DNA of 64,000 nucleotides from Chthoniobacteraceae bacterium (GTDB taxonomy: Bacteria > Verrucomicrobiota > Verrucomicrobiia > Chthoniobacterales > Chthoniobacteraceae), in assembly GCA_037190965.1 (NCBI GenBank), contig JBBCKI010000062.1:1-64000 (forward strand). Reading direction: 5' to 3'. Positions within the stretch are counted from its first letter, which is position 1. Every line of letters starts with the position of its first letter. Below are positions 27,503 to 36,898 of the stretch, piece by piece. A program made the position numbers and the translations under genes. The notes below the pieces were generated by a model, which was given only the letters and a program-made list of their open reading frames with translations, did no database searches and was not told where the DNA came from.

Positions 27503-29071
27503 TCATCGCGCAGAAACACCTCCGATTCGGATGATCCTCCGGCAGATCCATTCCATGACCGTTGACGTGACCCCATTCCCGCATTGCTTGTAGCGGGGGC
27601 CGTCAGCCTGCATTTCGATTCTCATGGTTGGAATCCATTGGTTGCCCTCAAGTTTCACGAGACGCTTCAGCCGGGTGTGATGGTCCGGCCAGCCTTGGAG
27701 TCGCTCGCATTCCAAAGGAGTCAACCGTCGAACGCCGAACGCCCCAACTGCCGCAGGAAACCCTTGCCCCGGCTTTCCGCCCCCTGTCGAAAGCTGCGGG
27801 GAGATGTCAGAGGTCCGGATCTCTCCTCGTTGATTTTCGGAGAACGACACATAGCTACGGCTTGACCCACCAGAGGCAGCGCGAAGGCTTGCTGTGTCGG
27901 AGACTTCCGGCATAGCGTCGCCCTCACGGCCTCGGAGGTTGAACGCGACGATGTTCTGTGTCGGGTCGGTCGCTGTATTCAGAGCGGCCGTTCTGTCGCC
28001 TTGCTTCATGACTCCGCAATTGCCGCTCGTGCGGTAGGCAACGGGAATCAACGGCGTGCCTCGACCGGTTCCGTCTTCGCTGGCGTCGAACCCATCTCCC
28101 CGAAGGGTATGGGCCACCGTAATGAGCATTCCTGATTCTGCGTCTTGTTGCGTGGCGCTTCCGGCCGCTTTGCCGTTGGAGCATAGCGCACCGGTCGCGT
28201 CGGGCCCTGGGATTACCGAAATGAATATTTCCGATTCTCCGTCAATTCTTCCCGTGCCTCCTTTTGCATTGAGCGAGAAAGCGACGTCGGGAATTAGATT
28301 TGATTCACGGCCAGATGCGTCGGAATATGGACGTGTTGTAATGTTCGCCGCAATCAACCCGCCGTCGAGTTCGGTGTCTGTGCCAAGTCCGCCACCGCCT
28401 TTAGTGCGTGCGCTAAGTGTGGGTCCAACGTCTTTCCGCGAGCCTCGGCGCGGCGCAGGATTCCCGCGCACGCTTTCGGGCTCAAATAGTATTTCCGCGC
28501 AACTTGCGTCTCCAAGACTTCCGACAAGGAAGATACGTCGGCGTCGTTGTGGAACTCCGCAGTATTGCGAATCGAGCACCCGCCAAGCGATATTCCACCG
28601 ATGGTTAGGGAACGGGGTTCGAATGAATCCAGCGTTGCCCCATCCTGATTTTTGGACTTCAACCTGGAGGCCCGTGAATGCACGGATGACAGCCGCGAAA
28701 TCTCGGCCTCCGTTACTAGACAAGGCTCCAGGGACGTTTTCCCAGACAACGAAGCGAGAGCGTAGGCGCTTGCAAATTCGAACCATTTCGCGGAATAGTC
28801 CGCTTCGCTCTCCATCCAAGCCCGCGCGTTTTCCGGCCAAGGATAGGTCTTGGCAGGGGGAACCTCCGATAATAACGTCAACTGCATGTTTGATTGGGTC
28901 TGGTTTGAATTTCGTGATGTCGCAATAAATTGGCGTTAAGCCAGCGGATCGCCTGGCTATGACTCCGGCAGCGGCTTTATCGATCTCGCAATAGAAGACC
29001 GGCTTCATGCCTGCTTTCTCCGCACCGATGTCCGCGCCTCCCGCGCCTGTGAATAGTGATCCTTTTCTCAT
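27503..29071 (-). CDS. C5 DNA cytosine methyltransferase with long variable region
   Basis: SLFTGAGG, GGSPCQD, ENVPG, PQRRRR, RRLTPLECERLQG, CGNGV. Confidence 0.93.
   Translation of the reverse strand: MRKGSLFTGAGGADIGAEKAGMKPVFYCEIDKAAAGVIARRSAGLTPIYCDITKFKPDPIKHAVDVIIGGSPCQDLSLAGKRAGLDGERSGLFREMVRICKRLRSRFVVWENVPGALSSNGGRDFAAVIRAFTGLQVEVQKSGWGNAGFIRTPFPNHRWNIAWRVLDSQYCGVPQRRRRIFLVGSLGDASCAEILFEPESVRGNPAPRRGSRKDVGPTLSARTKGGGGLGTDTELDGGLIAANITTRPYSDASGRESNLIPDVAFSLNAKGGTGRIDGESEIFISVIPGPDATGALCSNGKAAGSATQQDAESGMLITVAHTLRGDGFDASEDGTGRGTPLIPVAYRTSGNCGVMKQGDRTAALNTATDPTQNIVAFNLRGREGDAMPEVSDTASLRAASGGSSRSYVSFSENQRGEIRTSDISPQLSTGGGKPGQGFPAAVGAFGVRRLTPLECERLQGWPDHHTRLKRLVKLEGNQWIPTMRIEMQADGPRYKQCGNGVTSTVMEWICRRIIRIGGVSAR
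28354..28887 (-). CDS. Overprinted ORF resembling the M.EcoHK31I beta polypeptide
   Basis: Alternative frame inside the methylase; SSLSEVLET...YYLSPKACAGILRRA..RGK.L...L..AL. Confidence 0.65.
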   Translation of the reverse strand: MQLTLLSEVPPAKTYPWPENARAWMESEADYSAKWFEFASAYALASLSGKTSLEPCLVTEAEISRLSSVHSRASRLKSKNQDGATLDSFEPRSLTIGGISLGGCSIRNTAEFHNDADVSSLSEVLETQVARKYYLSPKACAGILRRAEARGKTLDPHLAHALKAVADLAQTPNSTAG

Positions 29072-29463
29072 GCGCTGATCTCCGTCACGAATTTGAGGAA
29101 CTGGTCGTAGGTGTAGACCGTGGCGAACTTCCACCCTGCGGCAATGAGTTCTTCGCGCCTGGCGATCTGGTCTTTGGATGACGTGTTCTTGTCATGCTTG
29201 GCCTCGACGGCGCACGCGATGCCATGAATAGCAAAGGTGAAGTCAGGCCAGCCAACGGGAAGTGCACTCCTGCGATGCATTGGAGGGCAGATAAACGGAA
29301 TTGAGTTCCGCAGGAGCCACGAGGATATTTTCTTTTGAAGCTCCTTTTCGCTTCGCGCCATGAACTTGGATTCGGCCTCGGCCTTCGTCGTCCCGGCCTT
29401 TCCGAACTTCGCGCGGTCAGATGGGTTCATCTTCTCGAGGACGTGGTTTGGAAGGGAGATCAT
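29068..29463 (-). CDS. VRR-NUC / PD-(D/E)XK nuclease
   Basis: SEKELQ..I, GWPD, VEAK, S.DQ motifs. Confidence 0.8.
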   Translation of the reverse strand: MISLPNHVLEKMNPSDRAKFGKAGTTKAEAESKFMARSEKELQKKISSWLLRNSIPFICPPMHRRSALPVGWPDFTFAIHGIACAVEAKHDKNTSSKDQIARREELIAAGWKFATVYTYDQFLKFVTEISA

Positions 29464-29669
29464 GCTACTTCCTCCCCGATCCATTCATCACCACCTCCGG
29501 TTGAGACGGACGAGTGGATCGGAAATCCGCGCGTCCAGACGATGAAGACGATTCCCTCAAGCCTCGCTCCGCGGCATCGCGCATCCGCGAACCGCTCGGC
29601 TTTTTGGAAATCTACGAACTCATATTCATCGACCTTTTGCTCTTCGTTGTGGACGGTGACTATTGTCAT
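29460..29669 (-). CDS. Hypothetical protein
   Basis: MTIVTVHNEE..., ATGA overlaps at both ends. Confidence 0.55.
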   Translation of the reverse strand: MTIVTVHNEEQKVDEYEFVDFQKAERFADARCRGARLEGIVFIVWTRGFPIHSSVSTGGGDEWIGEEVA

Positions 29670-31369
29670 GTCGCCTCCGAGGTTGGAGCTGCACCTTTCT
29701 TCCTGGCGAGGATCTGCCGGGCAAGCATCGCGGCGCGTCCCTCGGTTTCTTGACCGCCGAAGAACGTGTCTTTGGATTCGCCCGGGTTGATGATTCCCTC
29801 GCTTTGACTCCGCTTGACGCCTAACGTCGTGGCGATTGCCGGGTCGCTTCCACCGGCCGCATAGAGATAGATCGCCGTGACTGGTTGTGTCTGCCCGTCT
29901 CGGTTCAGCCGGCCAATGCACTGCTCATGAACCTGCGGACTCCAGTCGAGCTCGCCGAAGACCATGACGCTCGCTCGGTTTTGAAGACCGTTCAGGCCTT
30001 CGCCACTTCGAAGAGACAGGATCAAGACCTTGACCGTCCCGTCCATGAACGCTTGTGCGGCGTCCTGCTTCTGGGTCGGTGACTCCGAACCGGTATAGAG
30101 TCGGCATTCGATTTTCCTATGGATGAAAGCCCGCTGCCAAACGGCGTAGACTTCGCGATGCCAGCCCACGAGGACGACGCTTTCGCCGCTCTCCACCAGG
30201 TTGGAAACAAAGTCGGCCACGTGGGGCGCCTTGGCGAGGCCGGTTTGAAGCCGCATCATGGCGTCGAGCATCAGGGCGGCCTGCCCGCTTTCCTCCCACT
30301 TTCCGCGAAGAATCGTCTGGGCGAGTTCCAGCGCCTTGTCTTCATTCTCGAGGAGCGCTTTCGAATCGTGCTCGACTTCCTCGGAGATCCGCGTCACGGG
30401 CGGAAGCTCTCGACCCACCTCTTGCCGACGACGGCGCAAGAAAGCGTGCGACTCGCGGAGGAAGCTACCGAGCGCGTTCGGGTCGGTCACTTTGTGCCGC
30501 CGACCGTCGAAGATGCACCACTCGTTAAGAAACTCGAATCTCTGCCCCAGAACGCCGGGGTTGATAAGATCAAGGAGGTTGAAAATCTCGTCTCCGTAGT
30601 TGTAGATCGGCGTTGCCGTAAGCTCGAGTCGGTTCGGGATCTTTTCGCAGAGCGCTTTCGCTGCTGCGTATTTGCTCGTTCCCTCAATACGAAGCTCCTG
30701 CGCCTCATCGAAGGCAATGAACTTGTATCCGTTTAGATGTTCTGCCCATCCAGAAAGTTTGCTATACGTGATGATCAATAGATTATGAATAGGCAAGGGG
30801 TACTGGCTTGCCTTCTTGGCGATGTGCGGGATAACGCCGGAGAGAAACTTGAGGGCTTCCGCGAACCACTGGCGTTGAAGGTGAGTTTTGCAAACGATGA
30901 TCGCTGGCGTCATTCCCGAGGCGATGGCCCCGAGCGCAACCGCCGTTTTCCCGAGGCCGAGGTCATCCCCGCAAAGGAGTGACGACCGAAGCGCAAGGAG
31001 ACGAACGGCTTGAAGCTGATAGTCTCGAAGCGGGATGCGTGTCGCGACCTTGAATGACCCCGATCCGTTTTGAATGACCGCGTTGCCCTCAATTCGGCTG
31101 GCCATGGTAGCGTCTGTGCTCGCTCGAAGATACTCGGCATCCTCTGCGGACATCTCAAGCGGGTATCGAACGAGAAGCCACTCCAAGAGTTCATTGTTGG
31201 CGGACGTTTCTCCGATCTTCAGCGTCCCGTATTGGCGCGAGATCGCCGGGAAGACGCGCTTAAACATCATCAGGACGTGGGGTTCTCCCTTCACAATCCA
31301 GAGCGACACCGCAGCCGATTTCTGACGTTCAAGATGGCCGTAGCTTCGGCTCATAGAAAGTTTCTCCAT
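29666..31369 (-). CDS. SNF2-family helicase
   Basis: DDLGLGKT, FDEAQ, LTATP, GEGLNGLQ, QCIGRLNRDGQ. Confidence 0.9.
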   Translation of the reverse strand: MEKLSMSRSYGHLERQKSAAVSLWIVKGEPHVLMMFKRVFPAISRQYGTLKIGETSANNELLEWLLVRYPLEMSAEDAEYLRASTDATMASRIEGNAVIQNGSGSFKVATRIPLRDYQLQAVRLLALRSSLLCGDDLGLGKTAVALGAIASGMTPAIIVCKTHLQRQWFAEALKFLSGVIPHIAKKASQYPLPIHNLLIITYSKLSGWAEHLNGYKFIAFDEAQELRIEGTSKYAAAKALCEKIPNRLELTATPIYNYGDEIFNLLDLINPGVLGQRFEFLNEWCIFDGRRHKVTDPNALGSFLRESHAFLRRRRQEVGRELPPVTRISEEVEHDSKALLENEDKALELAQTILRGKWEESGQAALMLDAMMRLQTGLAKAPHVADFVSNLVESGESVVLVGWHREVYAVWQRAFIHRKIECRLYTGSESPTQKQDAAQAFMDGTVKVLILSLRSGEGLNGLQNRASVMVFGELDWSPQVHEQCIGRLNRDGQTQPVTAIYLYAAGGSDPAIATTLGVKRSQSEGIINPGESKDTFFGGQETEGRAAMLARQILARKKGAAPTSEAT

Positions 31370-31695
31370 AGGTCAATTACGCGGATAGGCTTTTCGCCTG
31401 ATTTTTGGATAGGGATCAGCATCGGTCGCGTTGTGATGATGATGCCTTCGGTGAAGCGTTCGTCGTCCAGGTAGCGAATAATCTGCCGAGCGACGTCGGT
31501 GGCCGAGCCTCGGATCTTTATTTCGATCGCCGTTGTTCCGACGACGAAGTCGACCGGTCCCGTTGAAGTCAGAACCTCGCGAGAGAAGGGGATTCCCGCA
31601 GCGGTTAGGCAACGGGCGATTGTCGACTGTAGATCCTTTTCGTCTTGAGGATGCTGTCGGATTCCCTTTAATGCCTCTGCAATTTTCTCAAGCAT
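31351..31695 (-). CDS. PD-(D/E)XK nuclease-like protein
   Basis: E..LQ, FSREV, VDF, IEIK, Q..RY. Confidence 0.7.
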   Translation of the reverse strand: MLEKIAEALKGIRQHPQDEKDLQSTIARCLTAAGIPFSREVLTSTGPVDFVVGTTAIEIKIRGSATDVARQIIRYLDDERFTEGIIITTRPMLIPIQKSGEKPIRVIDLWRNFL

Positions 31696-31936
31696 CTTTG
31701 TTTTCCTTTCTTTCCGATGCGTAATAGTTAAAGCTTGCTTCCGCCTGGACGGTGTAAGCCTTGGCGCTCAATCCGTCTCGCTCATCCCACACCCAAACTT
31801 CGGTTTCTTCGGCGTAGTCGAGGTTTTGATGATTCAGTTCAACGTATTTCTCTGCTGCCTCTGACGATGAGTCGGCCTCAATCTCAACTCCGTCGAAACT
31901 GTTTTCTGGTTGGTCTTCCGAAACGCGGTATTTCAC
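31688..31936 (-). CDS. Small acidic hypothetical protein
   Basis: 82 aa, 21 D/E versus 8 K/R. Confidence 0.65.
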   Translation of the reverse strand: MKYRVSEDQPENSFDGVEIEADSSSEAAEKYVELNHQNLDYAEETEVWVWDERDGLSAKAYTVQAEASFNYYASERKENKDA

Positions 31937-32319
31937 TCCTGATCCTTTCCCTTTGCCTTGGCGATGTCGGTAGCGGCGGGAATAGTCTGCATGTAAGCAT
32001 CCATGATCAGCTGATAGCCCGATCGTAGCCTGTGGAGGGTTTCAGAATCACATGGACAGCTTCGGTCATTGCACCAGTATGAATCCACGAGGTCGTACTT
32101 TTTCAGGATAAGCATGATTTTCGTTTTCCTTTTGTCATTCGTGAAAAGGTCGTATTCATGCACCCCCCACGTGCATTCCCAATTTTGCTTCCATCCCCTC
32201 GGGTTCTTGATCTTGGTTCGCTCTATGATGGCTTGAAGCAATTCCATCGCGATGGAGAAATCCTCCGTCGTCAAGTTCGCGTGTATTGATTTCACGATCG
32301 CGCTCGGAGAGACTTCCAT
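31933..32319 (-). CDS. Hypothetical protein
   Basis: MEVSPSAIV..., WCNDRSCPC cluster; RBS GAGGGGGAG upstream. Confidence 0.6.
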   Translation of the reverse strand: MEVSPSAIVKSIHANLTTEDFSIAMELLQAIIERTKIKNPRGWKQNWECTWGVHEYDLFTNDKRKTKIMLILKKYDLVDSYWCNDRSCPCDSETLHRLRSGYQLIMDAYMQTIPAATDIAKAKGKDQE

Positions 32320-32320
32320 C

Positions 32321-33271
32321 CTACTCCCCCTCCTCAGTTTCAGGTTTCCACGAGAACAGGTCGCCTTTCGCCTCTGGAACAACACTCTGGAGGTTCGCGA
32401 CCGATTGATTGTAATAGCTTTCCTTGAGCTCGATCCCGATGAAGCGGCGTCCCATCAATAGAGAGACATGGCCTTCGCTGCCGATCCCCATGAAGGGGGA
32501 GAGAACGACGTCGCCCGGGTTGGTCCATAGCTCGAGAGCGCGCTCGATGACCTGGAGTTGCAGCGGGCAGATATGACGTTCGTCGTCGTGTTCGCGCGCG
32601 CTCCGATGCTGGAGCGTCTTTGATGGGTTGATGTCCATCCATACCGGCGAGGCGTAACGCTGCCAGATGTTGATCGATCGCTTTTCGGGGTCCGCAGGCT
32701 GATCGGGGAGATCCTCGCCGATGAACTCTTCGAACTGGCCCGAGACCGGTTCGGCGTTCTCGCCCGGTTTCCGCATCGTCACGAGGTAATCAGCGATGCC
32801 TTGGCGACTCATGCAGGAATCCTTTTTGACCTGCTTATGGAGCAGCCCGAGCGCTTTCGTGCGCTGCATGGCCGTCACTGGATCTTTCCAGATGCAGACC
32901 TCGGAGTGATAGATGAAGCCTTCTTTTTCGAAGGATCTGATCAGGTCGCCGCGGAAGTCGCGGATGCCGATGATCCCATCGCGCGCTTTCGAGGTCGGGA
33001 GATTCATGCAGTGGAACGAGACCAGCCGGCCGGGCTTGAGGACGCGGTAAAGCTCCTTGATCAAGAAGCCGAAATGGATCGCGAATTCCTCATAGGTCTT
33101 GCTGTTCCCCATGTCGCGGTCGCTGGCGCTGTAGGTGTAAAGGCTTGCGAATGGCGGGGAGAAGACGCTGAAGTGAATCGAGTTGTCAGGAAGTCCTTGC
33201 GTGATCTCGACGCAATCGCCGTGATAGGCCTTCCAGGTGGCTTCTTCGTGCTGCTTGATGCAATTAGTCAT
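32321..33271 (-). CDS. N4-C/N6-A DNA methyltransferase (beta class)
   Basis: GDC, FSPPF, HICPL, SPFMGIGS, GIELK. Confidence 0.92.
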   Translation of the reverse strand: MTNCIKQHEEATWKAYHGDCVEITQGLPDNSIHFSVFSPPFASLYTYSASDRDMGNSKTYEEFAIHFGFLIKELYRVLKPGRLVSFHCMNLPTSKARDGIIGIRDFRGDLIRSFEKEGFIYHSEVCIWKDPVTAMQRTKALGLLHKQVKKDSCMSRQGIADYLVTMRKPGENAEPVSGQFEEFIGEDLPDQPADPEKRSINIWQRYASPVWMDINPSKTLQHRSAREHDDERHICPLQLQVIERALELWTNPGDVVLSPFMGIGSEGHVSLLMGRRFIGIELKESYYNQSVANLQSVVPEAKGDLFSWKPETEEGE

Positions 33272-34646
33272 GGGCGAGGAATGAGGGGATTTCTGCCGGC
33301 GTGGCGGCGTTGTAGGTGAGGGTTGTTCGCTGGGCGCCGCGGATCTCGACGCTCGAGATGTCGGCCATGTGAACGATCATGTTTTTGAGCATGGATTCGG
33401 CGTCGGCCTCCTTCGCACGGATGATGTCGAGGACTCCGGTTTCCTGGTCGGAGATCACGATATGGACGTTGACTTCGCGCGTCTGACCGAACCGCCAGCA
33501 TCGGCGAACGGCCTGGTAGAAGCGCTCGAAGGAGTGAGTGACGCCGACAAAGATGACGTTGCGGCAATGCTGCCAGTTCATGCCGAAGCCGCAGATAGAC
33601 GGCTTGCTGACGAGTCTAGAGACTTCGCCGCGGCTGAATCCCATCATGATGGATTCCTTTCGAGTGTCGTCATCGCTGCCGGTGACTTCCTCCGCGCCGT
33701 CAATCAGCTTTGTGAGAAGCTGGCTTTCGTCGTTGAGATCGCACCAGATCAGCCACGGTTCGTCTGTGGCGTTGACGATTGCGGCTGCGGCCTCACAGCG
33801 CGCCGAAATGCTGCCACGGCGGGCATCTCGGCACTCTTGCAGTGTGGAGGCCTTGACCGGCAGAAGGAGCCCGCTGGCGGCGAGATCTCCCTTGACCTCG
33901 TGAACGTGGTAGTTGAGAGGCGGGAGCAGGAATGCCCCATCCTCATAGCCGAGATCCGAGGGCTTATTGATGCAAACGGCCCAGCTTGCCAGCCATTTCC
34001 AGAAGTCGTTCTGTGCATGTCCTTTCAGTCTCCAGTCTTTCGTGCTCCCGCCATCATGGACGAAGAACATTGAAAGCATCTCGGCCATTGTCATGACCTC
34101 GAGAAACTCGGCATGGTTCCCGAGCTCCATGAAATCGTTCGGCGCCGGCGTGGCGGTGCATGCGAGTTTCCAGCGGGTTCCCTTAAACGCCTTGATGATC
34201 TGGTCTCGCGTCTTCGCGTCGTGGTGCTTGATTACGCTCGACTCGTCCAAGATCACGCCTTCGAACCACGACGGATTGAAATGCTGTAACTTCTGGTAGT
34301 TCGTGATGTAGATTCCGGGCTCGGTGCAGTCGGCTTGACTGGACGCGGGGATGACTGTCACGCCGAGCGACGCGGCTTCCTGGACGGTCTGCGGCGCGAC
34401 GGCGAGGGGCGCCAGGATGAGGATTGATCCTCCTGTGTGATCGTGAACTCGGAATCCCCATTCAGATTGAATCTTGGACTTACCAAGGCCGGTGCCGGCA
34501 AAGACTGCGGCGCGTCCACGGCGTAGAGCCCACGTGACAATGTCACTCTGGAAGGGGAACAGCACCGGACTGAGCGACGGGGGATCCAAGATCCCAATCG
34601 GGAGCGCCTCAATTGACTTCGAGGCGATGAAGTCTCGATAGTTCAT
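33264..34646 (-). CDS. SNF2/DEAD-like helicase coupled to the methylase
   Basis: GTGLGKS, LDESS, CTATPAPND, GFGMNWQ, QAVRRCWRFGQ. Confidence 0.9.
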   Translation of the reverse strand: MNYRDFIASKSIEALPIGILDPPSLSPVLFPFQSDIVTWALRRGRAAVFAGTGLGKSKIQSEWGFRVHDHTGGSILILAPLAVAPQTVQEAASLGVTVIPASSQADCTEPGIYITNYQKLQHFNPSWFEGVILDESSVIKHHDAKTRDQIIKAFKGTRWKLACTATPAPNDFMELGNHAEFLEVMTMAEMLSMFFVHDGGSTKDWRLKGHAQNDFWKWLASWAVCINKPSDLGYEDGAFLLPPLNYHVHEVKGDLAASGLLLPVKASTLQECRDARRGSISARCEAAAAIVNATDEPWLIWCDLNDESQLLTKLIDGAEEVTGSDDDTRKESIMMGFSRGEVSRLVSKPSICGFGMNWQHCRNVIFVGVTHSFERFYQAVRRCWRFGQTREVNVHIVISDQETGVLDIIRAKEADAESMLKNMIVHMADISSVEIRGAQRTTLTYNAATPAEIPSFLAHD

Positions 34647-34909
34647 TGTTTGCTGGCTCGAAGTTCAGCGTTCTCGGTTTCCAGCTTTTTAATGTCGCGG
34701 GCGAGCCCGTCGATCTTCTGATACGCAGACGTGAGCGCACTGCTTACGTCGGCGCATCTCTTGGCATTGCTGCCACCGCCAGCTTCGATCTTCCTAAACT
34801 CAATTTCGGCCCGAATCCCTTTGAGAATCAGTATGTCTCTGAGGCCCTTCGGAAACTCGTACTTCCTGGCGAGATCTTCGAGTTCCGGCGTGGTAAGTGA
34901 AATGACCAT
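34643..34909 (-). CDS. Hypothetical coiled-coil protein
   Basis: Translationally coupled in operon. Confidence 0.6.
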   Translation of the reverse strand: MVISLTTPELEDLARKYEFPKGLRDILILKGIRAEIEFRKIEAGGGSNAKRCADVSSALTSAYQKIDGLARDIKKLETENAELRASKQ

Positions 34910-34913
34910 AGCG

Positions 34914-36038
34914 TTACTTTTCCGATTTGGATGATTTGGTTTGCTTTGCCACTGGCTCCACTCGCATAGGCATCAGTGTTGCCGTAAGCGATTCGTGGCG
35001 AATAACGAAGGGAGAGTTCCGGTTGATGAACTCAATGGATGCGCTGTCGGATTTGATCGCCTTCAGCGAGTTCAGCAACAATGTTGCGCTGGCGGTGAAA
35101 TCAATCGGCGTTCCTGACTCCAGTTTCACGGTCGATCTGGAATCGCCGCCAGATCTCCCAGATCCAGTTATAGTCATCTCGGCGTCTGAAACGCTGATGT
35201 TGACTCCTTTGAGTCCAAACTCCACGGAGGATGCGACGTAATCGAGAGACGACATCAGCTCCTCGCGCGATGCGGTGATCTTTCCTTTTAACGCGCTATC
35301 CTGCGGAATCGCGGCGAGCGCATTTGGATAACTTCCATCAAACAGAAGCGAGATGAATCGCGCCCCTTCGCATTCCGAGATCAGGTGCCGTTCCCCGACC
35401 GTAATCCTCACCTCGCCATCGCCGCAAGAACCTGCGAGCGTGCTTACTGACGAGTCAGGCAATACGATGGAGGGGATGTCGCTAGGCACGTCGCTCTTCC
35501 ATACAAGCAACGCATGCGAACTAGCAGCAAGGAGAGCGAGCTTGCCGTCGATCGTCTGGAAATTGATGGAGCAAAGAATCGGCCGGGCGGCGTGATCCGT
35601 CCCCATGAAGGGGCTGAGTCTGGAGAGCATGTTTGCAAAGACTGGCCCATCGATCCGGAAGCCGTATTCTCCTTTTTCATCTGGAATCGCCGGGAATTCT
35701 TCGGAGGGAAGTCCAGGGAGCTTAGACCGTCTCGTTTCTCCCTCCACTGAGAGGTTGAGCTTTGCGTCGCTTTCGAGATAGATATCGGCTGATCCGATCT
35801 TTGATGTAATTTCGTAGAGGAAAGAGCACGGCACTGTAATCTTCCCAGTGGTCGTGACGTCGGCCTCAAGTGACAGCGTGAGGTAACGTGTCATGTCCGT
35901 TCCTGTGAGCTTCAGCTTGCCATCTTCGGCCTCAAGAAGAACGTTTGAGAGGATGGGGAGGGTGGTCCGCGAGGAGATGACCGATTTGATTCGGCCGAGT
36001 GCGGATGCGAGGGGTTTGGTTTTGATGGTCAGCTTCAT
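34914..36038 (-). CDS. dnaN: DNA polymerase III beta subunit (sliding clamp), phage-borne
   Basis: 374 aa; RTTLPILSNVLL, LTGTD, EEFP, RPILC, DGSYPN, LMPMR. Confidence 0.9.
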   Translation of the reverse strand: MKLTIKTKPLASALGRIKSVISSRTTLPILSNVLLEAEDGKLKLTGTDMTRYLTLSLEADVTTTGKITVPCSFLYEITSKIGSADIYLESDAKLNLSVEGETRRSKLPGLPSEEFPAIPDEKGEYGFRIDGPVFANMLSRLSPFMGTDHAARPILCSINFQTIDGKLALLAASSHALLVWKSDVPSDIPSIVLPDSSVSTLAGSCGDGEVRITVGERHLISECEGARFISLLFDGSYPNALAAIPQDSALKGKITASREELMSSLDYVASSVEFGLKGVNISVSDAEMTITGSGRSGGDSRSTVKLESGTPIDFTASATLLLNSLKAIKSDSASIEFINRNSPFVIRHESLTATLMPMRVEPVAKQTKSSKSEK

Positions 36039-36898
36039 TGCATTGCTTCTTTGATTTTCCAGTAGGTGAGGCCGGTCAGTTCTCGGCCCGTGTGATAGCC
36101 GGGGTAGGTTTTGGTTTGCTGGCTGTGGGCGATTCGATGGAGGAGCGCGCTAACCTCGGCGCGTCCGATCTCGATGGATTCATCATCGAAAGGACGGACT
36201 GAGACCATGTAGGGCGGTTCCTTCTCGACGATGATGTGACCGAATGCTGGTCGCTTAAGTCCGAGCCGCGGAAAGTGGCCAGGGTAAAAGGCGGCCTGCC
36301 TGTGATAGCCGAAGTTCGTGACTGCGCGGCGGTAGGTTTCAGGTTCGCCGTCGACAGTCGTCTTGACGTCCCAGATCTCCGCATCGTCGGCGGTGAGGAG
36401 ATCCAGAGAGCTTTTCAGGAGAAGGCCGGTTGACTCATGACGGCTGAACACGGCGAGTTCTCGACGTTTGCAGTCTCGCAGTATTGCGCCAGCTTCTTTG
36501 TCGCTCCAGACAGCATCGACGATTCGCGCAATGGACTTTCCATCGTCCTCGTCGAGAAATGTTCTGCCTGCGTGTTTCTTTCCGAAGTCCGACCACCAAG
36601 CAATAGCATCCACGGATTCAGGAGATGGCTTCTTCGCGTTGATCTGAGCTTTCGTCGGCTTTTTGGGAGCGTCCGAAGGAATGACAACGGTGCTTTCCTC
36701 AAACCATTGTGGCTCGAGGATCGCGCGATGGATCAACTGCCCATCGCGCTTGGCCTCGGTCTCGTGGGGCGGGTTCTGCTTGTAATGAGCATAATGACGC
36801 ATGGACTTTGCCGCCCAGCCGAGTTCCGTGTTTCGGATGCCTGCCGCTGCATCGTACTCGGCGCGGCTGAGATTGTAGAAGCCAGGCTCGTAGATCAT
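36035..36898 (-). CDS. RecE/ExoVIII-like PD-(D/E)XK exonuclease (DUF3799)
   Basis: G.LIH.AILEP, DVKTT, YHRQAAFY, VEKEPPY. Confidence 0.85.
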   Translation of the reverse strand: MIYEPGFYNLSRAEYDAAAGIRNTELGWAAKSMRHYAHYKQNPPHETEAKRDGQLIHRAILEPQWFEESTVVIPSDAPKKPTKAQINAKKPSPESVDAIAWWSDFGKKHAGRTFLDEDDGKSIARIVDAVWSDKEAGAILRDCKRRELAVFSRHESTGLLLKSSLDLLTADDAEIWDVKTTVDGEPETYRRAVTNFGYHRQAAFYPGHFPRLGLKRPAFGHIIVEKEPPYMVSVRPFDDESIEIGRAEVSALLHRIAHSQQTKTYPGYHTGRELTGLTYWKIKEAMQ

